NCBI GenBank assembly: GCA_964016885.1 | Contig: OZ024742.1 | Coordinates: 301,010,001 to 301,074,000 of the forward strand | Direction: 5' to 3' | Length of the DNA: 64,000 nt | From: Eledone cirrhosa | Taxonomy: Eukaryota | Shown here: positions 13,001 through 25,000 of the stretch, in pieces | How the letters are laid out: each line of letters opens with the position of its first letter | How positions within the stretch are numbered: the first letter of the stretch is position 1 | Notes under the pieces: generated by a model | Database searches by the model: none | The model's input: only the letters and a program-made list of their open reading frames with translations | Told to the model about the DNA's origin: nothing | Made by a program: the position numbers and the translations under genes

Positions 13001-16000
13001 TATGTTGGTGCCACAACATCCAGGCCGAAACAAATGAGATCGTGTAGGTGTCACGACAAAAAACACACAGTCCACGCTGTAATGTGGCCGTGTAGGCAAC
13101 ACGGTAAAAACCTCCCAGTCCCACACTGTAAATGTGGTTGAAAGGCATCCAGCTGTAGAAAACACGCCAGACAGTCCACGCTGTAATGTGGCCGTGTAGG
13201 CAACACGGTAAAAACCTCCCAGCCCCACACTGTAAATGTGGTTGGTGTTAGGAAAGGCATCCAGCCGTAGAAAACACGCCAGACAGTCCACGCTGTAATG
13301 TGGCCGTGTAGGCAACACGGTAAAAACCTCCCAGCCCCACACTGTAAATGTGGCTGGTGTTAGGAAGGGCATGCAGCTGTAGAAAACCCGCCAGACAGTC
13401 CTATGCGAGCAAGACAACCACTCTTGCCTCAAGTGGGAAAACTCCCGTCCAAACCCATGCAAGTGTGGAACATGGACATTAAACGATGATGATGATGATG
13501 ATGAGTGAGATGAGGTCATTCCAATCTGTTTGGTCTTGAACCGTAATAATCGATCTAATCCATGCCAACAGAGAGGCCCAACATGGAAAAGGGTCATAAA
13601 ATAATTGTTTCTACTTTAGGCTCAAGGCCAACAATTGGGAGAGGGGGGGGGGGGTTAAATCAACCACAGTGCATGACTGGTACTTTATTTCATCGACCCT
13701 ATAAGGATGAAAGGCAAAGTTAACCTCAATGAGATTTGAACTCAGAACGTAAAGGGCCATGATAATGATAGTCTTTTGTACATGTCTGGATTAAATATTA
13801 CAGAAGCCAGGATAAAGTGAATCAACTTTGTAATAATATATCATAGTGAAATCTATTTAAGTAGTAATAATTGTTTCTACTTTTGGCCAGCAATTACCTA
13901 GTGCATTACTGTTACTTTATTTTATCGACCCCATAAGGATGAAAGGCAAAGTTAACCTTGGCGTGATTTGAACTCAATCCGCAAAGGGCCGTAACTCTAT
14001 GTTGCAAAGCATGGCGTCCAACCCACTACTGATACTGCCAATCCACCACCCTTTAAGTAGTAATAATGTTCCTATTTTTGACACAAGGCCAGCAATTTGA
14101 TTAAATCGACCTCAGCACATTACTGGTACTTTGTTTTATCAAGTCTGTAAGGATTAAAGGCAAAGCTGGCCTCAATGGTATTTGAACTCAGAACATAAAG
14201 CATGTTGTCCAATGCTCTACAAATACTGCCAATCCACCACTCTTATCTAAGTAGTCATCATCATCACCAATATTAACAACTATTGGTGTAAGTTATAATA
14301 GGATTACAAACAGAATAGAATGAAGACAAATGTTTCTAACCTTGCAGAGATCACTATGAATAGAAGTTAATTGAGAGGGAAACAGCTGGATCTTGTTGAT
14401 TGCTTTGATTAAGATGGCTATTCCACGCATTGCTTGAGAAGGCTGGAAAATATATATAACAAAATATTTAGTGATAATAAACAAATGATGGATACAAAAA
14501 CAACCAATAGAATTACAAGAATGAAGGAATCAGGTATGAAGAAATACTCAGCAGTAACAGAGTGAAAGAAGTTGTGACCAAGTATAAAATAGATTATCAT
14601 CATCATTTAACATGTTTTCTTTACTCATAAGGGTTGAACAGGTCTTCATAGACCAAGTCAGTATTTAATCAGAGCTACTGACCTTTCAGATGGGTTGGGA
14701 GTCCACATCTCACATATGTTCCCGACAATCTACAGAGTGCACTAGGTGCATTTAATTGCAACACCAGCCTAAAGAAGTTGTCATATATTTAACGCAACTG
14801 AAAAGTCTTCTCTCAGCTCCGTTTTTTGGCAAGTTTTCTGCAGCTGGATACCCTTTTTTCACCAACCCCTTTACAGAGTGTATTGAGTGCATTTATCATT
14901 TTTTTTTTAAATTCCATGTGTCTAACACCCGATGGCATGCCTACAAAGTCAGAAAACAGCACAGCTCCCATGACTTTTGGAAACATTTTTTCACGCTCCG
15001 AGTTGCTGAAACATGGAACAAACTACCTGCATCAGTTGTTAGCTGCAGGGACACTGCATCCTTTAAAACCTCCATGCTTCCTGAAATTTGCCAACACTAC
15101 ACCTGATATTCCCCCTCCATACACATGCACACATGTATATCATATACTGTTCACTTTCCTGACATTTGTACATTATTCTATGTACTATACATGCCCTTTG
15201 ATGAGTTGTAGTGCACCTGAGCATTGTACACAATTTCATTATTATTATCACCAAAACTAAAAAGGTTGCTGTACTTTTGACATAACTGAAGGGTCCTTTC
15301 AACCCTATCTTGGCATGGTTTCTACAGCTGAAAACTCTTCCTAGCACAAACCACCTTATGTAGCCAAACAAAAAATGTGTATTTTAAAAGCTAGTTTTCT
15401 TAACTATGAAATAAATGACAAAGAGTTTTTATAAAAATGTCCTCCTCAGCAAGAGGGGATAAGCACATTATAAGCTTTTACATTCAGCTTGAATGATCCA
15501 AATTTATTGAGCATTCAGCTGTGATAGCTGTCCTCCCATTGTATACTTTACAACTGGTGTCAATCAACTTTGGTCAAGATAGTGCAGATAGAGGCCTGCA
15601 CACTTCTTTTCAGACTTAAATAATCTCTTTCTTCTAGCTACTAATGAACACCCAGTTATTAATGGTTTATTCTGACAAGGAATAAGGGTGCCCATAATCT
15701 TTACAAACACTCCAAAACTTGTGGTAGGAAAAGTAGGAAGAAAGTATGACTCAGAAGTAGAAAGTATCAATCCAATTATCCTGAAAACAAGGATTTGGTT
15801 AAAATACTTGCAAACAGAGTGAATTCAACATTAAAAGAAGTGAGAGATTGAGCCACCTACAAATGATCAACAAAATCCTAGGCATCATTTGCTTACTGAG
15901 TTGGGTGGAACTCATTAAATTGGACCAAAGAAACAATGTTTCCATTGGTCTTTCCATTGCTGATACTATCTACTGGTCGCAGCTCCTGGCAGAAAGAGCT

Positions 16001-19000
16001 ATGTGAAATAAAGTGTCTTGCTGAAGGGCATAACACATTGCCCAATCCTGGAAACGAACTCAATCTCACGATTGTGAATCTAATTCTCTAACCACTAAGC
16101 CACATGCCTTTACAAGTCACTTACAAGAATAAATATACAAAGATGACACTAACCTGCCTGGTGCTGTCCATCAAGTATTGAGTAAACTTATGACAAAGAT
16201 CAGCAACTAATCAAAGAAACAAAATATTTTATAAAACAACAATAAAATATGTCAATATTGTAAAAATATCAAAATAATATTAAAATAGAAATTAACCATT
16301 ATTATTAGTTATTGAATCCATAATGATGAAAGGCAAAGCTAACCTCAGCGGATTGGTATCAAAACAGTTAGTGAAAGGTTAGAGAAAATATCTGACAACA
16401 ACAAATATGATACTTACAGCTACTGGTTGCATTTCTAACATGTTCGCCATTGCATGAGAGTATAAAATCCTGAGTTTGGACATACAACGTTTCAAAGTCT
16501 GGAATGTTACTCAAGTTATACTTTACACACCTTGGAGAAAAAAAAACACACTAAAGATCAGAAAATATTGAAAAGAGATCAATTATGTGCGATATAACAA
16601 ACATTTCTCATCTTCCAAAAGGTTTGCCTATACCAAACTGGGATTCTACTGAAAAACTTTAAAATGCTAATCCTTCAAAACTTGTATGCTTCCCGAAATT
16701 CACCAACATTTCACCCAGTATTCCTCCTCCATACACATACAACCATGTGTGTATATCATGACTCATACACTGTTCACTTTCCTGACTTTTGTACATTATT
16801 CTATGTACTATACATGTACATTTGAGGAGTTGTAGTGCACATTTGATGAGTTGTAGTGCACCTGAGCACTGTACACAATAATTTTTATTATTATACTAGT
16901 TTTCAAGCATTGATAAAAATTAAAATAAAGTTGTTTGTCAACAAACATTGTGTATAAGTAGCTGATCTCTTGGACTTTTATGAAGTGCTGAGGTGATAAA
17001 GTTAATATAAAGACTGGTGTACTCATGATCGGAGATGCTATAAAATAGGGTGATGACCTTTAAAGATGGAAAAAGGAGTTGCCATTGGCTGTTATGAAGA
17101 ATCAAACACCAGGTTCAATTTCTAACAGCAATCAATGGCAACTTCTTTTTCCACCTTTAAGAGTCTTCTCCCTATTTTATAAGCTATTTTATAGCATCTC
17201 CACACATGAGCATACCACTCTTTATAGTAAAGTTGTTTGTGTTTTAAAAACAAAATTAGAAGAGAGTGACACAAGTTAAAATTGAAGGTGGTGCCTGAAA
17301 AACAAAATGGCACAACTGTCAACATAAGAATATAGCAGTTTGTTTTAATGATGAGCATTCAGTTGTTTGATGAACTCAACATCCAATTCATTAACATATA
17401 AGTGGCTGAGTATTCTAGAGATGTGAACACTTAAAATAATTCCCAAGTGATCGTGATGATGACATGACAAAAGGTGCCCAGCCCACACTGTAAAGTGGTT
17501 GTGTAAGTGTCAAGACAAAAAGTACACAGCCCACACTGTAAAGTGATTGTGTGTGTCACGATAAAAAGCACCCAGTATTCACTGTAAATGTGGTTGGCAT
17601 TAGAAAGGGCATCCAGCCATAGAAACCAAGCCAAAATCAGTTCTGAATGAGCAAGACATGGTCACCTGATCTGACCTATCTCACAACAGGACAACTTGTC
17701 TAACCCATGCTAGTGTGAAAAAGTGACGTTAAATGGTGATGATGAATCAGTGTGACACACTGTGTGAGAAGGATGCTCCTTTGAATTACAAGTACAATCC
17801 ATCTGATGGGCTTCCACACAATCATTGTCAACTCAATTTCATTCACAAGGCTTTGGGTCAACCTGAAGCTAGAGTAATAGACACTTGCTCAAGATCCCAT
17901 GCATTGGGATTAAACCTGGGACTTCATACAAGTGAAGTAAATTTCTTAACCACTCAGCAATGTAAAATCTAAACAGCAAAATAAAATCTAAGACAGTTTA
18001 ACAATAAATATTTAAACAGATAAAACAAATAACTTACAAAATGCCCAGTATTCCAAATGAATGTTTTTGGCAATCTAATGTAGCAATCACATTGTCGAGA
18101 TGGCTGGAATTCTTTGCTAAACAATCAGTACTTTTGCTGATAAACTCACACAGTTTGGCAAAATTGCCTAAAAAAAATAAAATATAAGGTATTGTAATAG
18201 TTACATTATCTTTTAACACCCTAAAATACATATAATGTGTGTATACAAAACTAAAACAAAAGGCAAAGATAAGTTCTTAGTTCATTGTTTTACAAACACT
18301 TCAGATGGTTGATTGGTCATAGTAAATCAATATATTGACTAATAGATAGTGGTTATGCCACCACCTATTTCTAGTCTCAATATCCTAGATCCATCTCACT
18401 GTCTTCCTATCAATTATCAATTATACAAAAAAAAGGTTTTATTTGTTTTTTAACTCTTGAAGTCCTGTACCAAATGAAACCACATTATCAAGGTATTCTT
18501 GAAAAGTAAAAACAAAACAGCAGGATGACTGCATCACATTGGAAATTAAACATTAAAGTCTTCAATTTATAGCAAATTCTCAAAACAATCTATGCATTAT
18601 TAAAGATACTATATCATCATCATTTTACTTCCGCTTTTCTCTGCTTGCAAGGATGGGATGGGAACTGGATTCTGGCTTGATTTCTACAGCTGGATGCCCT
18701 TCCTAACACCAACCTCATTTACAGTGAGTGCTGGTTGGTTTTTTTTTTCCGTGGTGCCTACACGTCCACTTTACAGTGTGGCCTGGGTGCTTTTTATTGC
18801 CGTGGCACCTCCACGACCACTTTGCAGTGGAATGATAGGGACCCCAGTCCTATCATCTCATTTCTACAGCTGAGTAAACTGGAGCAATGTGAAATAAAGT
18901 GTCTTGCTCAAGGAACAACACATCGCCCAGTCTGAGAATTGAACTCACAACCTTTCGATTGCAAGCCCAATGCTCTAACCACTAAGCCATGTGCCTCCAA

Positions 19001-22000
19001 ATATAACATTTGAATTAACAAACCAGATTTTAGATATTTCCTGATAAATCATTATAGAATATTAAGGGTATAAAACATTTCTCAAAACAGTATCACATGT
19101 ATAAGGCACTGAATTTATATGGCTGATAAGAATATTTGCAATTCCAACACCAACACAATCACCTTGGGGGATAAAGGGACAGGAGTTTGTATGATTATTC
19201 AATTCAGTCAATTTCCTGGATTTCTTATGCTGACTACTCAGGTCAACCTGTTTCCATGGGTTTTCTATTAGATTTAAATCCAGGAAGGATGTTGTCCTCT
19301 GTAGCTTCTGGATTGTCTAGCCTTCACTGAATTCTTTATTCTACTGTTAAACATCAGGTAATTTATCATGTTAAAAATTCCATGACCACTGCAAATAACT
19401 TGGTATATAGTTTTCTCCAAGATCTCCAAACAGGCTGTACAGTTCATGATACACCTTGATCTGGTGTATGGGGCCACCAACATCCTTTTCCTAGACATAT
19501 AACCCAAACACAGGTGTTGCCACAACCATGCACTTTGGGTGAAATTCTATACATCAGACACAAAGTCAGCCATCAGAACGAACAAATTATATTTTCACTC
19601 ATCTGACCATAAAAATTATGACCAGTCTGATGATGTCCAATTTTTATGTTCCTGAGTGAATTAAATGTGGACACTAACTTTTCAGAGAAATGCATGTTTT
19701 TTTACATACATCCTACATGTCAAAACTTATTCAACTTATAGTTGATTTTTGATGGCAGTGACACCAATCTAAAGTCTGTCTTAGAGGGTGGATTGGATGA
19801 TTTTTGTCATGGTACCAACACTGTTGGAGAGCAGGTGAGGAGAGTGTCAGGCTTTCCATGTGTGCATGGGAGAGGTGTATCGGGGGGGGGGGGGGGGGGG
19901 GGGTACATCAGCATAGTCCTTAGATAACTACTCCCTGTCCCCTTGGTCCAAACAAGAGACCACGTTTTCTTCATACATTCTGTTCTTGTTTTGACCATGC
20001 ATTTTGTCATGTTACAAGATAGGAGCATGTCTAGCCTTCCATATTAGCATGGGGTCTTTGTACGTTGGTACGAGCTGGGCTAGGCTAGAAGGGGGTGGTG
20101 TGGAAGCTGCCGTTCCACACTGGAAGGAGTTGGATGAGGAAGTTGTTTTTGGATGCACAACATAGAGTGAGGATGGAGGAAGTGAGTAGAAGAGGTCTAA
20201 GGTGGAGTACTTAAATTAGGGGTGAGTATTTAGTTGGAGAGGTGTATGAGGGATATTGGTGAAGACTGTTCTCTCTATGTTTGTTTCATTCTGTATGCAT
20301 GGAAAGGCAGGTCTTCTGCAGTATGGTGTATCACCAGAGAACTTGATATTGTGTCATCTCCTTTGAGAGGTTTGTGTGGTCAACGTTTAGTACATCATAC
20401 CAAGATTTCCAATTCCATAGTTTCCAACAACTTCAAGCACCCTACATACTAATGGCCAACATAGTTGGACATGTTAAATTCCATATATAAGTATTATATA
20501 CTAGCATAGTAGCCGTCAGAAAATAAAGGAATCATCATCATCATCAACGTTTAACGTCCGTGTTCCACGCTTGCATGGGTTTGGACGGGGGTAGTCCCAC
20601 TTGAGGCAAGAGTGATTGTGTTGCTCGCATAGGACTGTCTGGCAGGTTTTCTACAGTTGGATGCCCTTCCTAACACCAACCACATTTACAGTGTGGGTCT
20701 GGGAGGTTTTTACCGTGTTGCCTACACGGCCACATTACAGCGTGGACTGTGTGTTATTTTGTCGTGACACCTACACGATCTCATTTGTTTCGGCCTCGAT
20801 GGCGCGGCACCAACATAACTTTACATAGAACGGGGTGGTGTAGATGGGGTGGGGGTGGGGGTGGTGGGACGGGGTGTATTTTGTTAGAGATGCCTACTGG
20901 CTGGAGTAGGTTTTACTATATATTTAGGTAAGGCGGGTCTTCTCTGTTACTGAGTACCGCCAAAGGTCTCGGTCCAGTGACATTGTCTTGGAGAGGTGTA
21001 AGTGTGTGATGTCGGAGTTTATCAGCTCGTCCCAGGTTTTTCTAGGTTTGCCTATTCCGTGACTACCGTCTATCTTTATTGCCCTGCACTTTGTTATACA
21101 GCTATCGACTTTCATGCGCATCACGTGTCCATACCAACGTAGCCTTCTCTCGAGTAAACAACATCTGATCCCTCTTATCTCTAATTTTTTCCTTAGTTCG
21201 TTTATGCTTTGCCGTTCACGTATATTACTGTTACACATCCAGCGGAGCATGCAGGCTTCGTTCCTCTCTAGTCTGCGTATATCCTCTGCACACAATGCCC
21301 AGGTCTCACTGCCATGCAGCATTGCTGTTCGTATGCAGGCATCGTACAACCTGCCTTTCATTTTTAGGGAGAACCCTTTAGCAGCTAATAGTGGTATAAG
21401 CTCTCTGAACTTTTTCCAACCAGTTCTGACTCTAGCTACAGTACTTTCAGAGCACCCTCCCCCACTGCTGATTTTATCGCCCAGGTAACGGAAGCTGTCC
21501 ACTATTTCTATAGAACCCTCTGCGCAATTGAAAGAGCTAGTATTTTGTGGGCACTTGCTGCTACTTATTGCACCAGAACACCGGCCACATGTAAAATCTA
21601 TGTTCTTAGTTAGCTTACCTGTGATCCCACTACATCTTTTATGCACCCATACTTTGCATTTAGGACATAAAATGGAGTTTCTACCTACGCCTTTCCTACA
21701 CACCGAGCACGACCATTTCCCAGAAGGGACCGCCGCCTTGTTTTCTTTCCTACAAACTAGTACTTTGGTCTTAGCCAGGTTAATTTTAAGTCCTTTTGAC
21801 TCTAGGCCGTGCTTCCATGTTTGGAATTTCTTCTCTAGCTCGGCCATTGATTCCGCTATGAGTGTCAGGTCGTCTGCGTATAGGAGTTCCCATGGGCAGC
21901 CTGTCTTGAACTCCTCTGTTATAGCCTGAAGGGCAATAATAAATAGTAGGGGGCTGAGAACAGAGCCCTGATGGACGCCAACTTTTACGCTAAACTCTTC

Positions 22001-25000
22001 ACTATATTCGTTGTTAATTCTAACCTTGCTGACTGTTTCTTTATACATGGCTTGTATAGCCCTCACAAGCCATTCGTCAACGCCTAGTTTTCTAAGAGCC
22101 CACCAGATAATGGAGCGGGGGACTCTGTCGAAGGCTTTCTCCAAGTCGACAAAAGCTAAGTAGAGGGGTTTACCTTTAGCTAGGTACTTCTCCTGTAGTT
22201 GTCGTACTATGAAAAGAGCGTCTGTGGTACTTTTGCCTGACACAAACCCGAACTGCATTTCATCTAGGTCAATTCTCTCTCTGATTAGTTGCGCTATTAC
22301 TTTTTCCGTGACCTTCATGACCTGGTCGATTAATTTAATGCCTCTATAGTTACTCCTATCTAGGGCGTCTCCTTTACCCTTATAACAGTTAACGATGATG
22401 CTGCTATGCCAGTCCTTCGGAACAACCCCATTCTGTACGACTTGGTTAACTATGCGGGTGACCATGGTGTGTCCCACCGTACCAGAGGCCTTCAGCATCT
22501 CAGCAACTATTTCCGAAGGCCCAGCCGCCTTACCCGTCTTCATATCCTTGATTGCCTTACTTATTATACTCCCCTCGACTAACACTGCTGGTCCCTCTAT
22601 TGGGTCGATATGGGGGAGACTGTCTTTCTCCCATTTATTCTCCTCATTTAGTAGCCTTTCATAGTGACACTTCCAAGCTACCTTCTTATCAGCGTCGGTG
22701 ATGGCAAGTGTGCCATCGTCGTTTAGTACACACTTCTCCCCGACAATATCACGGTTTTCCTTGACGCATTGCCTAGCAATCCTGAACACCTCACGTTTTT
22801 GGTCATCGCGTTGTAGAACATGCTTGAACTTTCTTTCCTCAGCTTCCCTTCTTGCTAAGTACACTTGTCTCCTAGCTTCCCTCCTGGCCACTTGATAGTC
22901 TTCTCTACTTCCCCCATCCCGCCATACTTTCCAAGCCTGCTTTTTGGCCTTAATTGACCCCTCCACCTTACTGTTCCACCACCATGTTACTCTCCTCCTG
23001 CCTACAGGCCTGCTCCAGCCACAGACTTCGTCTGTCGCCAACAGCAGGTTTGCTTTCAGAAATTCCCACTCTCCCTCTATATTGTCCGACTCTAAATGTT
23101 CTTCCTTACTGTCGAAAGCATCAAGTAATATGCTTTGAAATTTATTCCTGGCTGTGGGGTCCTTTAGCTTCCATATTTTTCTCCTGAGGATAGTCCTCTT
23201 CTGCTGTCGAGTACGTCTCGTCCTGACTATGAGGTCGCTAATTATCAGTCTATGTTGGGAGGTGCATTCTTCATGGGGGAGGGATTTAGTGTTTACAACA
23301 GACACTCTGTCACGTCTTCTGGTAAGGATATAATCTACCTGGCTTGTGTGTTCCCCGGATCTATAGGTGATCAGGTGATTGTCACGTTTTTTGAAGTTAG
23401 TGTTACAGATAGTTAGGTTATTTGCATCACAGAATTCCAGGATTCTGGAGCCTTCCTCATTTCTAGTACCAAACCCATAGCCTCCATGGATTTCGTCGTA
23501 GCCGTCACAATGTTGTCCAACGTGACCATTTAGGTCGCCTGCGATAATGATATAGTCACTGTCGGATATTTGGGAGGTAGTTAGCATCAGTGTCTCATAG
23601 AATCTGTCTTTTATAGTGCCGGGCAGTCCGGATTGGGGTGCGTACGCAGATATTACTGTCACCGTAGTTCTATTGAGGACAAGTCGTATTTTAATTATTC
23701 TGTCGTTCACTCTATTTACGTCTATTATCTTATCTGCCCACTTTTCTGCTACCATGATTCCTACTCCACCCAGCCCATCGTCGTTTCCCACCCAGAAAAG
23801 CTTATAACATCGTTTTTTACCCTCAATGAACCTAGCAGACCCACCCCTCCACCTGGTCTCTTGAATACAACAAACATCGACCTCCTTACGTTCAAGCATT
23901 TCTACAACCTCGTTAGCGCGACCCTTTAGGGTGCCTACATTTATGGTACCAACTCTGAAGTTTTGGATTGCGTTTGGGGGTTGGGGGCGGTGGGGGCGGG
24001 GGGCGATGGGGTTATGTTAGCCGTCCGCGGTCGAAACAATGAGGAGTGCTCGCATTCTCGTCCAAGAGGTGAATTTGTCTTTATCTTTGGCATTGTCGCT
24101 GAGCGTCCAGATTTTTCTCTCTCTCTCCTCCACTCTCCAGGATTCCGCAGTCCATCCATCCATCATATATCGAAAGGCAACCAGGCAAGCGATAGTATAG
24201 GCCTCTGGCTTCTGATTGGTCCGCGTAATAATACTGGTGATGCGTGGGGGCTCTGGCTTATGATTGGTCCACGTAATAGCAATGGTGGTGCGTGGGGGCA
24301 GGAGGGAGGGGTGTTGGGTAGCTAGATAGAAGGTAATGATTGAATGGGGTCCTTGCATTTAACAAGCGATTAACAAAAATACAAAATGTATATATATACA
24401 GAATGTATATAAAAATACATATTTAATTTAATAATTCCTTGATTACAATATTCTGTGATGATGATGCTTGAATCCATGACTACTTCTTCTAGAGAAAGAG
24501 ACAGATTGTCCCTTTCTCTTAATTTTGACCTATATGCATCCTACAGCTTCAATAACCAGCCAGAAACATGGATTTTATATATTTATCCTGCTCCTGTCTA
24601 TTATAATCCTCCAGATCATAAGGTAAGGAATTAAAAAGAAGCTGCCTGTAGGAGCTCCTGTATACTGATGATCTAGGTCTCATAGCCAAAACAGTAAAAG
24701 ACACAGAGAAGAAGTTTAGATATGGAAGCAAAATCTGGAATCAATGAAACTTAACCCTTTAGTATTAAACTGGCTCTATCCAACCAGAATTCTCTAACCT
24801 TTTCTGTTCAAACCTGCTATACCTGGCCACTCATACTGACGTTAAGGTATTGTTCTCAATAAATATAAAAATCTCATAGATTCAATAATATGTGAGAAAC
24901 TTATGCGAGATAGCCTTTACTGTGAAAATGTAATAGTATATACAGAGTAATGTAAATGCTAAAGGGTTAAAGTAAACCGAGTAAAGACTAAAGTATTACA

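Noticed and set aside
15564-17358. Extra COPS3 exons following acceptor-like sites (~15780, ~17295)
   Set aside because: No CSN3 similarity, in-frame stops, and the neighbouring exons already join in phase
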